A stretch of 32,000 nt of DNA from Pyrobaculum aerophilum str. IM2 (GTDB lineage Archaea; Thermoproteota; Thermoprotei; Thermoproteales; Thermoproteaceae): the NCBI RefSeq assembly GCF_000007225.1, contig NC_003364.1, positions 1,290,001 to 1,322,000 of the forward strand, read 5' to 3'. Positions 15,871 through 24,368 of the stretch are shown here, piece by piece. The notes under the pieces were generated by a model. The model saw only the letters and a list, made by a program, of their open reading frames with translations, made no database searches and was not told where the DNA came from. How positions within the stretch are numbered: position 1 is the stretch's first letter; each line of letters opens with the position of its first letter. The position numbers and the translations under genes were made by a program.

Positions 15871-16743
15871 TCACTTTATACATTTAGCGATTTCTAGCAG
15901 TTTTGTGGCTACGTCGACGGCGTCGGCGCCAAAAACATAGGCGTTTGGCTCTATGCCCTCACCGCCTTTGTCGTATATTACATCATATACACTGCTCCGA
16001 AACGCCGAGGCTATATTAGAGATTATTTCCTCTTCGCTATTGCTAGGCCCGACCTCAGCCGCGGCGAATTTCTCCCCAACGCAAGTCCTCGCCAAATATG
16101 CTATATTGGCTACGGCCTTTATCTCGGGGCGTAATTTATTTACTTCTTCTAATAAACTCGTCAAGAAACGCGACGCGCCAGGCTTCGGCTTACCCTTGGC
16201 GGCTAACTGCGTTCCCTCAACGTGAATCCTCCCCGGGAACCCCACTCCGCCCTCAGGGCCTAATTCTACTATGTTCATTAATACCTTAGGCACGAGTTTG
16301 TAACAATTTTCACACCGCTTGAGTATTTCAAACGCCGTCTCCACGCTTTTCGTAGTCTCTGTATAGACTTGAATGTCCTTACATATGTCGCAACCTAGCA
16401 GTTCTGGATAGGCCGTTCTGTGTAGCGGGCACAGCCGCAGAGAGGAGAGGAGGCCTAAGGAGAAGTTGTTAATGTATCTAAGGAACTCCTCGGCGCTTGC
16501 ATACTCCACGAGCGCTGTTAGTGATCTAATTAGGCGTGAGAGCTCTCTGCGATCTAATATTCTTAATAGTCTCTCCTCGTAATGCGCCTTTGGGCTTTTT
16601 AAATACGCGCTAACCGCGGGCTGAGATATTCCTAACAGCAGTCCTATACGGCTCTGGGAGTAGCCCCTCTCAGCAAGCTCGTGTGCTATTAATCCCTTGA
16701 GCGGCACCAACACCTCGTTAGTTAAGAACTCTAGCGGTAGCAC
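15871..16743 (-). CDS. HTH + ThiN-domain protein (ThiR-like thiamine-responsive regulator candidate)
   Basis: 290 aa from GTG 16743. N-terminal HTH RGYSQSRIGLLLGISQPAVSAYLK. C-terminal ThiN-like block GFPGRIHVEG...VYDVIYDKGGEGIEPNAYVFGADAVDVATKLLEIA. A central cluster of five Cys (CPLH...C-x2-C...C-x2-C). Confidence 0.6.
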   Translation of the reverse strand: MLPLEFLTNEVLVPLKGLIAHELAERGYSQSRIGLLLGISQPAVSAYLKSPKAHYEERLLRILDRRELSRLIRSLTALVEYASAEEFLRYINNFSLGLLSSLRLCPLHRTAYPELLGCDICKDIQVYTETTKSVETAFEILKRCENCYKLVPKVLMNIVELGPEGGVGFPGRIHVEGTQLAAKGKPKPGASRFLTSLLEEVNKLRPEIKAVANIAYLARTCVGEKFAAAEVGPSNSEEEIISNIASAFRSSVYDVIYDKGGEGIEPNAYVFGADAVDVATKLLEIAKCIK

Positions 16744-16781
16744 AGCCTCTTAGTTTTAATACAATTATAGATTTTCGCTTG
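16744..16781. promoter_or_regulatory. Compact divergent promoter (HTH-ThiN gene / ATPase gene)
   Basis: 38-nt spacer tagttttaatacaattatagattttcgc. ttttaatac is centred about 24 nt before ATG 16782. tctataatt (minus strand) is centred about 23 nt before GTG 16743. Confidence 0.45.
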
Positions 16782-17705
16782 ATGATTGAATACGTAGAGG
16801 TAGGCTTAGGAGGTAGAAAGGCCGCTGTGCGTCTAACTAACGTCGTTTTCGTAACAGGCACAGGCAAATCTACCTTCCTGAAGTTAGTATATGGAGTTTT
16901 GTCTAGTGTGGGCAAGAGATTGCCTAAACTGGGAATTGAGTGGAGTTTTTACGCACAGAGCGGAGAAGTAATCTATTCAATCACCGCCACTAGGAATAGA
17001 GTGAGACAGACGATTTCCACACAAGGCGAGGAGATCGCCTTTGAATTCGTCCCCGCAAAGGGCGCCCACAGGTTAATAAAGCCAATAGACATAGCGGTGA
17101 CAGACGCAGATGTTGTTATGCCTGAGGTGAAAACTAAGGAACATGTATCTGTGGTCGCAGACGAGGATATTGAAAGACTTAACTCTCTGTTGTTAGCCGC
17201 TAGAAAAGCGTTTAGCGTCAAGGCGCAATTTCTAGGCCCATACATAAGCCCGAGGTCGTTAGTAGACGCATCTACTAAACAGATTAACGCGCTCGAGCGC
17301 CACGGCCGCAATTTAGCCGCCGTGCTGTCTAATCTCGCGCTTTATAACCCCTCGGCTTATGATTCCATAAGAACGGCTTTCAGGAAATTAGGCTTTTCCA
17401 TATCTGTGGGCTTAGCTAAGCCGGGGTTTGTCGGCGTAATTGTGTCGACAAAAAGGGGAAAAATGCCGCTGTCAAAAGCTCCGTGTTCTATAAAAAGCCT
17501 ACTTGCCATAGCCGTCGCGCTTGAGTTAAAACCTGATTTACTACTTATTGACAACCTCGACTATTGCCTGACGAAAAATACAGCCGAGGCGCTTGCCGCT
17601 ATACTCCGGCAGAAGTCCACAAAAGTAATAGCCGAGATTCACAACAGCGAAGTTGTTGATTGGTTCAATCTGCCCAATAAGTCAGTAGTTGAATTAATGC
17701 TGTAA
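16782..17705 (+). CDS. ABC/SMC-like (AAA_21-type) P-loop protein with degenerate catalytic motifs
   Basis: 307 aa from ATG 16782 (the track starts at TTG 16779). Walker A-like FVTGTGKST. Central block FLGPYISPR...HGRNLAAVLSNL. Signature-like PLSKAPCSIKSLLAIAVAL. Walker B position LLLIDNLD (Asp-Asn rather than Asp-Glu). H-loop position AEIHNS. Confidence 0.65.
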   Translation: MIEYVEVGLGGRKAAVRLTNVVFVTGTGKSTFLKLVYGVLSSVGKRLPKLGIEWSFYAQSGEVIYSITATRNRVRQTISTQGEEIAFEFVPAKGAHRLIKPIDIAVTDADVVMPEVKTKEHVSVVADEDIERLNSLLLAARKAFSVKAQFLGPYISPRSLVDASTKQINALERHGRNLAAVLSNLALYNPSAYDSIRTAFRKLGFSISVGLAKPGFVGVIVSTKRGKMPLSKAPCSIKSLLAIAVALELKPDLLLIDNLDYCLTKNTAEALAAILRQKSTKVIAEIHNSEVVDWFNLPNKSVVELML

Positions 17706-17720
17706 ACGTATAGTACACGT

Positions 17721-17945
17721 TTACGCAATTAAATTCCTAAGCTCATTGACTACTTCTATCAGCGCTTTCAACTCCTCCATTTCTCGTCTCGCCATTTCTT
17801 CGGCTTCTTGCAACACCTCCTTTGCAGGTCCGCCCACTTCGAATTCGTAAATTATGTAATTAATAATTGCCCTGGCGCCAACGCCTTCTATTCTGTTAGC
17901 CATATCTTTTAGCCTTTTTACAACATCCTCGGGCAAGCGCTCCAT
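17721..17945 (-). CDS. Hypothetical small helical protein (74 aa)
   Basis: Charged, coiled-coil-like ORF (EVLQEAEEMARREMEELKALIEVVNELRNLIA) 15 nt downstream of the DUF54 gene. No recognisable family. Confidence 0.45.
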   Translation of the reverse strand: MERLPEDVVKRLKDMANRIEGVGARAIINYIIYEFEVGGPAKEVLQEAEEMARREMEELKALIEVVNELRNLIA

Positions 17946-17959
17946 GGCTGTTTGAAGCG

Positions 17960-18391
17960 CTATCTTTTTAACGCTTCTCTCAGGGTGGAGAGAAAATTCC
18001 GGGCATCTTTAACGACTAATGACCTCATCCTGACCTCTAGGTATATAACGTCGTCGCCGTGTGATATTTTCAAGATCCCTCTGTAGGCTTGTTGTTTATC
18101 AAATTTGGCGTATAGCCTAGACCCCTCTACTCCTGACACCATCAACAGAAACTCCACGTCGTCCAGCCTGGCTAGTATAGACTTAAGGGCCTCCAGCGCC
18201 TCACAGTCCTCCAGCTTAGCCTCTATAATGTTTATTAGATTTCCGTAGTGCCCCCTAGCGCTTCTTACTGTAAATCGGCTAGTTACGATATTTTTAAGCG
18301 CGCGGATTACTCTATCAGGATCCTCGGTGGCATGTATATAGGCTCTGGCGTAGAGGAGAGACACGGGACACGACACTGGTAGTATATTCAT
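17960..18391 (-). CDS. Exosome-superoperon RNA-binding protein (DUF54 / COG1931-like)
   Basis: 143 aa. The N-terminal block ARAYIHATEDPDRVIRAL matches the haTED motif I associate with DUF54. The AT-rich promoter block abuts ATG 18391, so the real start may be GTG 18376. Confidence 0.6.
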   Translation of the reverse strand: MNILPVSCPVSLLYARAYIHATEDPDRVIRALKNIVTSRFTVRSARGHYGNLINIIEAKLEDCEALEALKSILARLDDVEFLLMVSGVEGSRLYAKFDKQQAYRGILKISHGDDVIYLEVRMRSLVVKDARNFLSTLREALKR

Positions 18392-18424
18392 AAAATATTT
18401 TTAAACGAGGAGGAATAGGCCGTA
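18392..18424. promoter_or_regulatory. Bidirectional AT-rich promoter block
   Basis: aaaatatttttaaac (18392-18406) lies about 25 nt upstream of GTG 18425 on the plus strand and about 24 nt upstream of GTG 18376 on the minus strand. Confidence 0.4.
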
Positions 18425-18688
18425 GTGAGTCTGTATGTACTTCACAGCGAGAAGGTCTATATAGAATGCGATATGGAGTACAGTGCTGGTAAAGACGTGT
18501 CTTGTATAATAAGGGGCGCTACTGCTGAGTGTGTTAAGAGCGCCCTCGCGAAGATAAACGGTGCAGATTATATCACTGTCAAGGGAGGAGAAGAGGTAAA
18601 CGTTACAATATCGACGTCTGTATTTAAGGCCGGCAAGACCCCCGGAGAGTTAATAAGGGAGTTGTTTATACTCTTAAGAGCTTGTTAG
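18425..18688 (+). CDS. Hypothetical protein (87 aa)
   Basis: GTG start with a well-placed TATA. Protein-like sequence (SCIIRGATAECVKSALAKINGADYITVKGGEEVNVTIS...GELIRELFILL). Its stop overlaps the psmA stop by 4 nt (convergent). No family recognised. Confidence 0.45.
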   Translation: MSLYVLHSEKVYIECDMEYSAGKDVSCIIRGATAECVKSALAKINGADYITVKGGEEVNVTISTSVFKAGKTPGELIRELFILLRAC

Positions 18689-19428
18689 CTCTTTTTAAGT
18701 AGCCCTAGTTTAGTAAGTAGCGAGGCCACTTCGTCTTGGCTCATTTTCCTCATTTTCTTCTCCTCTATTGTCGCATATGCCACTTCGACGTTTGCGCTAT
18801 CTGTTATCTCCACCGCAGACGCCAACGCTTTTAATGCCAATTCTATACACTCCCCCATTTCCATGTCGAATTTGTAGTTCTTCTCTAAGAATTCTGTAAT
18901 TGTGCCAGACTCAGCGCCTATGGCAGTGGCGAAGTATCCTATGTAGACCCCTGAGGGATCAGTCTGGTACAGCCTAGCGCCGTGTCTATCAACGCCGGCT
19001 ATAAGAAGGGCTACTCCGAAGGGCCTGGCGCCTCCAAACTGGGTGTACTGTTGTTTTAAATTACATACTGCTTTTGTTAAGAATTCCACGTCTATTGGCT
19101 CGTCGTAAATAAACCTGTGGCTTAAAGCCACGTCTCTGGCGTAGTCTATAAGGATTCTAGCATCTGCGAGGAGGCCTGAGGGAGATGCCGCGACGTGCTC
19201 ATCAATTAAATAAATTTTTTCTAGAGAAGATGAATCAAACAGCGCTGAGATCTTCCTCTTCTCTGCCGTGAGCACGACGCCTGCTTTACACTTAACGCCG
19301 ACGGTCGGCCACCCCCTCTTTACCGCCTCGCCGGCGTACTCAACTTGATATATTTTGCCCTCAGGCGAGAAGATTGTTATTGCGCGATCGTAACCTGCCA
19401 TTGCCGGTGGGAACATGGGGCCTACCAA
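18685..19428 (-). CDS. psmA: Proteasome alpha subunit
   Basis: Motifs YDRAITIFSPEGKIYQVEYA and GWPTVGVKCKAGVVL. The track start is TTG 19428. ATG 19416 (MFPPAMAGYD) sits about 25 nt from the TATA gatataaag (19436-19445, minus strand) and is the likelier start. Confidence 0.95.
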   Translation of the reverse strand: MVGPMFPPAMAGYDRAITIFSPEGKIYQVEYAGEAVKRGWPTVGVKCKAGVVLTAEKRKISALFDSSSLEKIYLIDEHVAASPSGLLADARILIDYARDVALSHRFIYDEPIDVEFLTKAVCNLKQQYTQFGGARPFGVALLIAGVDRHGARLYQTDPSGVYIGYFATAIGAESGTITEFLEKNYKFDMEMGECIELALKALASAVEITDSANVEVAYATIEEKKMRKMSQDEVASLLTKLGLLKKS

Positions 19429-19601
19429 GTTATGGCTTTATATCATTTTACTCTCCATTTCTACCTCTCAGCTGCCCACATTAAGCGCTGTGATCTTTCT
19501 CTACGTTTTGTGCAAAACCACAACTCCCACTTTGTCGCTAGCCCTTTCCGTCGGGAGCCATTTTAACGCCATTCTCACTGCCCTAATATTTGTACTACCC
19601 C

Positions 19602-19640
19602 GATCCTCAGAGACAAGAGGAGATCATTGTACTGTTTTTT
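19602..19640 (+). terminator. Imperfect hairpin followed by T6 in the psmA/top6B intergenic region
   Basis: gatcctc (19602-19608) pairs with gagg-ag-atc (19617-19625), giving 7 bp with a 2-nt bulge. T6 follows at 19635-19640. No annotated plus-strand gene lies upstream. Confidence 0.2.
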
Positions 19641-19783
19641 AAATATCGCAAGGCTTAGTCTTGCGCCGGCCAGCTAGACGCCGCGCGTTAATTCGCGACG
19701 CCACAGACAAGCGGAGAGCAAAGAGCGGGTTTTACACGGCGTTAAAACTTATATAATTTGCCGTGTGGCTCGTCGTGACTTCA

Positions 19784-21367
19784 ATGTATGCGTACGAAGC
19801 GTTGCCTGTAGCTGAGTGGTTTCGTCGAAATAGGGAGCTGGCGGGTTTCCACAATCCCACAAGGGCGTTGTACCAGACTATAAGAGAGCTTACTGAGAAC
19901 TCCCTAGACGCCACTGAGACTTACGGAATACTTCCCACGATTTACCTCAGGGTGAATATTGAAGACGAGCAGAAGGGGTGGGTTTCGGTTTATGCCGAGG
20001 ACAACGGCATTGGCATACCCGGTAACGAGATTCCCAACGTCTTCGGCCGAGTCTTTTACAGTAGTAAGTATAAAATAAAGCAACACAGGGGAGTGTTCGG
20101 CCTGGGCCTTAAAATGGTGGTGTTGTACTCCCAGAGCACTACTAACAAGCCGGTCTTGGTGAGATCGGCAACTCTCAAATCCGATAAAATTTATGAGTAC
20201 CAGATAATGATTGATACCAACAGCAACAGCCCAATTATCCTTGACAGAAGAGAATACCCCAATAGATACAAATGGCACGGCACAGCGGTTAAGGTATACT
20301 TAGAGGGGAATTGGCTAGCGGCTAAAAAACGTATAGAGGATTACCTCAAGAGGACGGCGATTATCGCGCCTTATGCAGAAATTGTGTTCAAAGGACCCGA
20401 TTTAGAGCTTTGGCTAAAAAGGAGGACCACTAAGCTCCCGCCCGCGCCTAAGGAGGGCTTGCCCCATCCCAAAAGCGTAGACGTCGATACGTTAAAACAA
20501 ATGATACAGGAAAGCAGGGGGCTGACATTACTAGAGTTTTTAATGGAGAATTTCGACGCCGTAGGGGAGGGGACGGCAAAAGCGTTTTTAGAATGGGCTG
20601 GTTTTAATCCAAACGCAAAGGTTACGGCGTTGACCCCAGAGGAGCTCGTCAAGCTCGTGGATAAGATGAAACAATACGAGGGCTGGCGGAGGCCTCGCTC
20701 AGACTGGCTCTCCCCCGCCGGCGCAGAGCTGTTAGAAATAGGCGCAAAGGCAATACTGGGAGCCGAGGCTGTATTCGCCATCACTAGGAAGCCTGAGTCT
20801 TACGGCGGACACCCCTTTATTGTCGAGGCGGCAGTTGCATGGGGCGGCCAAATACCGCCGGCGGATAAACCGCTTTTACTCCGCTACGCCAATAAAATAC
20901 CGTTGCTCTACGACGAAGGCGCAGACGTGGCCAGGAAAGTAGTAGACGAGTTCAACTGGCAGAATTACAAAGTGAAATTCCCGGCGCCTCTCGCAGTTAT
21001 TATACACGTCTGTTCGACCAAAATCCCCTACGCCTCGGCTGGTAAAGAGGCCATCGCCGAAGTCCCCGAGATTGAGAAAGAGATGAAGCTAGCTCTGAGA
21101 GACGCCGCCAAGAAGCTAAGGCTTTACTTATCCAGGAAGGAAAAAGAAATGGAGATGTTAAATAAGTATATATCACTAGCAAAATATGTAGAAGAAATCG
21201 CCTATAATCTATCAATGATAACTAGAATAGAAAAAGAATCTCTTGCAAAGAATTTACATACACTAATAGAGCGGAAAATAGGCTTGACGATAGAGGAACT
21301 AGTCAAACACACACTGTCCATGTCCTCAACGTCGCAAGAGGAAGTTGTTGAAGCGACACCTCAATAA
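19784..21367 (+). CDS. top6B: DNA topoisomerase VI subunit B
   Basis: Bergerat ATPase motifs RELTENSLDA, EDNGIGIP and GVFGLGLK, followed by the transducer domain. The track starts at GTG 19763. ATG 19784 fits the TATA cttatataat (19748-19757). Confidence 0.95.
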   Translation: MYAYEALPVAEWFRRNRELAGFHNPTRALYQTIRELTENSLDATETYGILPTIYLRVNIEDEQKGWVSVYAEDNGIGIPGNEIPNVFGRVFYSSKYKIKQHRGVFGLGLKMVVLYSQSTTNKPVLVRSATLKSDKIYEYQIMIDTNSNSPIILDRREYPNRYKWHGTAVKVYLEGNWLAAKKRIEDYLKRTAIIAPYAEIVFKGPDLELWLKRRTTKLPPAPKEGLPHPKSVDVDTLKQMIQESRGLTLLEFLMENFDAVGEGTAKAFLEWAGFNPNAKVTALTPEELVKLVDKMKQYEGWRRPRSDWLSPAGAELLEIGAKAILGAEAVFAITRKPESYGGHPFIVEAAVAWGGQIPPADKPLLLRYANKIPLLYDEGADVARKVVDEFNWQNYKVKFPAPLAVIIHVCSTKIPYASAGKEAIAEVPEIEKEMKLALRDAAKKLRLYLSRKEKEMEMLNKYISLAKYVEEIAYNLSMITRIEKESLAKNLHTLIERKIGLTIEELVKHTLSMSSTSQEEVVEATPQ

Positions 21368-21402
21368 GAAAAAATTTATTCTCTCTGTGATATAGCCCTT
21401 TT

Positions 21403-22506
21403 GTGAGCACCCGATCGGAGTTCCTTAAGCGCTTAGAGTCGTGGGGTACTCAGCTGGCGAAGGCGATTCTTGAACTGGAGGAGCCGATAATGGAGATCCC
21501 TGCGAGGACTTTATCTAACACTATATGGGACGAAAAGGCGAGGATGTTAAAGCTAGGCCCCGAGAAGTTGCACCGGAGGTTTTTAGACGTGAAAGAGGCG
21601 AGGAAGTTCATGCAGACGGTATTAATGCTGAGGCTAATAGTCGAGGCTATTAGAGAAGACGTATACCCAACTATTCGTGACCTGTATTACAACGGGAAAC
21701 ACACCATAGTGTTTAAAGATCCCTTAGGCAGGACACATAGGGAAAACACTTGGGATGAGCAGTCGGAGTCAAACGCCGTTATTGAAGACATCGAGGTGGC
21801 CACAAACGTGTTGAGGGAAGAAATGGGGGTATCTGCAGACGTCAAGGGGAAGATAGTGGGGCCTATAGTGGTGAGATCGCAAGGATATGAGCTTGACGCC
21901 AGCAAATTCGGCGAAACTGCTCTAAGCCTCCCAGTGAACGTCGACGCGCTGGAAATAGTAAAAGTGGAAGCGTCTTATGTACTGGTGGTGGAAAAAGACG
22001 CAATTTTCCAGCGCCTAGTTAGGGAGAAGTTCTGGAGCCAGGAGGGGGCTATTTTAGTGACTGCAAAGGGCATGCCCGACAGAGCCACGAGGAGATTCAT
22101 AAGGAGGCTAAACGAGGAGTACAAGCTACCGGTTTACGTCTTAACTGACGGAGATCCCTACGGGTGGTATATATACTCAGTTTACAAAAGCGGCTCGATT
22201 AAATTAAGTTATGAAAGCGAACGCCTGGCGACTCCCGACGCTAAGTTTTTGGGGCTAACCGCGACTGACATTGACACGTACAAAATATCAGATAATTACG
22301 TCATAGCGGCAAATGACAGAGACATTAAAAGAGCCCAGGAGTTGCTACGATACCCCTGGTTCCAAAAGCCAGAGTGGACTAGGGAGATAAACCTCTTTTT
22401 AAAGAAGAAGAAAAAAGTAGAAATCGAGGCTCTCTCAACCCACGGGCTTAAGTTTCTACACGACTATCTTAGGGACAAGATACGTAGCAAGAAGTTCATT
22501 GATTAG
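21403..22506 (+). CDS. top6A: DNA topoisomerase VI subunit A (Spo11 homologue)
   Basis: 367 aa from GTG 21403. Catalytic Tyr context IRDLYYNGKH. Toprim motifs VLVVEKDA and VLTDGDPYGWYI. Confidence 0.95.
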   Translation: MSTRSEFLKRLESWGTQLAKAILELEEPIMEIPARTLSNTIWDEKARMLKLGPEKLHRRFLDVKEARKFMQTVLMLRLIVEAIREDVYPTIRDLYYNGKHTIVFKDPLGRTHRENTWDEQSESNAVIEDIEVATNVLREEMGVSADVKGKIVGPIVVRSQGYELDASKFGETALSLPVNVDALEIVKVEASYVLVVEKDAIFQRLVREKFWSQEGAILVTAKGMPDRATRRFIRRLNEEYKLPVYVLTDGDPYGWYIYSVYKSGSIKLSYESERLATPDAKFLGLTATDIDTYKISDNYVIAANDRDIKRAQELLRYPWFQKPEWTREINLFLKKKKKVEIEALSTHGLKFLHDYLRDKIRSKKFID

Positions 22507-22577
22507 TATATAGAGGGCTAGGACTCCCTATTTGGGGTTGTGTGTAGTATATTTATATATGTTTTCTATTTAGAACT

Positions 22578-23591
22578 ATGCGAGGTGAGGTTAGAAAGGT
22601 TCAACTCACTGGCGGCGCCACTCTCATAGTTAGTCTCCCTAAGGAGTGGGCTAAACGAATTGCGCTTGCCCCAGGGGACGAGGTGATAGTGGTGACTCAG
22701 CCCGACGACACTCTAGTCCTTATTCCAAAAAAACTGGGCAAGAGAACTGGAGTAATTGCAGAGCTCACAATTAACCAACCGGTGGACATAGCCGAGTTAG
22801 AAAGGCTGTTTATGACGTTGTACATAGGCGGGGCTGAGACTATAGTGGTGAGGTTCTCCCCCAAGGCTATGGGATTACGCAAGCAGATGAAGGAGTTCAT
22901 CCGCCGTCGTATTGTGGATATGGAGATAGTGGAGGAGGCCAGCGACAGACTAATTGTGCAGTCCATGGTCTCGGCGACGGAGTTGGCCGTAATGGATATC
23001 GCCGTGAAAATGTTGCGTCTTGTGGGTAATATGCTCAGCGATTTAATGATCGGGTTAGATAAAGACGACGTATCCCTTTTAAAGGACGTCATAGAGCGAG
23101 ACGACGAGGTGGATAGGCTATATTGGCTTATGGAGAGGCAATTGAAGAGGGCAGCTATGTCTAGATACGTCATGTTGGAACTTAAAATCGACGATCCGCG
23201 GGACTTAGTTGAGTACATGATTATTGCTAAATCGATAGAACGAATGGCCGATCACATTTGCAGAATAGCCTATGTTAATCAAGAGGAAAAAGTGGATATG
23301 CGCGTATTAGGCCCGATTTTATCAAAAGCCCTGGAATTTTTACGCCATGCCGAGATCTTATTAACAAGCGAGGCGCCTGCGCATAGAATAGCTGAGTTGC
23401 AAGGCGAGATAATGTCGTGGAGTCAGAAGGTGAGGCGGGAGGAGACGTTATCGGATCCCGCCACATCAATAGCTAAGGAAAGCGCTGTTAGAATTGGCGA
23501 GTATGTCGGCGATATAGTGGAGTCGCTGGGGAGAATTAGGCTAAAAGACAAGGCGATAATTATAGGCGAGGAGGCGGGCCCCTCTTCCTAA
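22578..23591 (+). CDS. PhoU-family regulator with an N-terminal AbrB/SpoVT-like domain
   Basis: 337 aa. N-terminus VQLTGGATLIVSLPKEWAKRIALAPGDEVIVV is swapped-hairpin-like. Two PhoU-like helical repeats follow (ERDDEVDRLYWLMERQL; IAKSIERMADHICRIA). TATA atatttatatatg lies about 24 nt upstream. Confidence 0.85.
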   Translation: MRGEVRKVQLTGGATLIVSLPKEWAKRIALAPGDEVIVVTQPDDTLVLIPKKLGKRTGVIAELTINQPVDIAELERLFMTLYIGGAETIVVRFSPKAMGLRKQMKEFIRRRIVDMEIVEEASDRLIVQSMVSATELAVMDIAVKMLRLVGNMLSDLMIGLDKDDVSLLKDVIERDDEVDRLYWLMERQLKRAAMSRYVMLELKIDDPRDLVEYMIIAKSIERMADHICRIAYVNQEEKVDMRVLGPILSKALEFLRHAEILLTSEAPAHRIAELQGEIMSWSQKVRREETLSDPATSIAKESAVRIGEYVGDIVESLGRIRLKDKAIIIGEEAGPSS

Positions 23592-23818
23592 GTCCAATCG
23601 CCTTAAAGGGGGATAGAAAAAGCGGGTTTGCTTATCGTGTTTTCTATGCGTATCTCCTGGCGTGTGTGCCGTAGGACAATACATAACGAAATGAGGTCTC
23701 TTCTATCGCCTTAAACTACAACGGCGCCCGGCTGTAAAAGGCGCACGAAACAGCCAGCTGAAAAGTCTCAAATATCCTCTGTAGCCCAAAGCCAGCTCCA
23801 TATGCCGCTTTAATTGCC

Positions 23819-24315
23819 TTACTTGTCATTGATCCTTACCACCTGATGTAGTGGGCTCTCCGGCCTGATATAGACGCCGTACGCGCTTCTCCCCGCTGAA
23901 AACTTCCACTTCTCAGTAATTAGGCACGATACGGGCATGCTTACCCGCTCCTCGCCCTCGCCAATATGCCCTTCTAAGGGCTCTCTCAGGCGACGGCACG
24001 CTGAATTTCCTCTTTACCGTCATTCACATTCGGCATACCGTCTAGTACTCCTCGATCCTCTGCGTCATGGGGGTCTCAACATAACGGCGGAACTGCCAAT
24101 CAGCCCTCAACGTCTCATCTAATCCCATGCCCGCGCCATATTCCCTCTCACTCCTTGCGTTCTCTGAGACGTCTCAACGCCTCGCCAATACAGTAATAGA
24201 GCCGCGTTGTGTTAAACGGCGTGGAGAATAGTGAGGCATACTGAGGGTTGATCAGAATATCGTCAGCCACTACGGCGCTGAAGAAGGGGGAAAGGCCAGG
24301 GAGGTGGCGGAGAGG
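23819..24315 (-). pseudogene. Decayed gene: protein-like minus-strand frames broken by stops and frameshifts
   Basis: Consecutive minus-strand fragments lie in different frames: ...VADDILINPQYASLFSTPFNTTRLYYCIGEALRRLRERKE*, ENARSEREYGAGMGLDETLRADWQFRRYVETPMTQRIEEY*, VLDGMPNVNDGKEEIQRAVA*, RRLREPLEGHIGEGEERVSMPVSCLITEKWKFSAGRSAYGVYIRPESPLHQVVRINDK*. No intact ORF of 60 aa or more on that strand. Family not recognised. Confidence 0.35.
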
Positions 24316-24368
24316 TTATGCTTGGCAATATTTAACAGAAGGATTTCTATACTTCCGTTGCCGTAGTT

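Noticed and set aside
18425-18688. The 87-aa ORF as a second Pcc1-like (Pcc2) KEOPS subunit, given that Bud32 and Pcc1 are in the same window.
   Set aside because: I could not align it to the Pcc1 pattern: there is no A.D..aLR block. The idea rests on context only.
19415-19642. 75-aa hydrophobic plus-strand ORF (LWLYIILLSISTSQLPTLSAVIFLYVLC...) as a small membrane protein gene.
   Set aside because: It would have to start inside the psmA start region with no promoter of its own. Its hydrophobicity can be explained by the T-rich spacer composition. It is mentioned under the spacer finding but not called as a feature.
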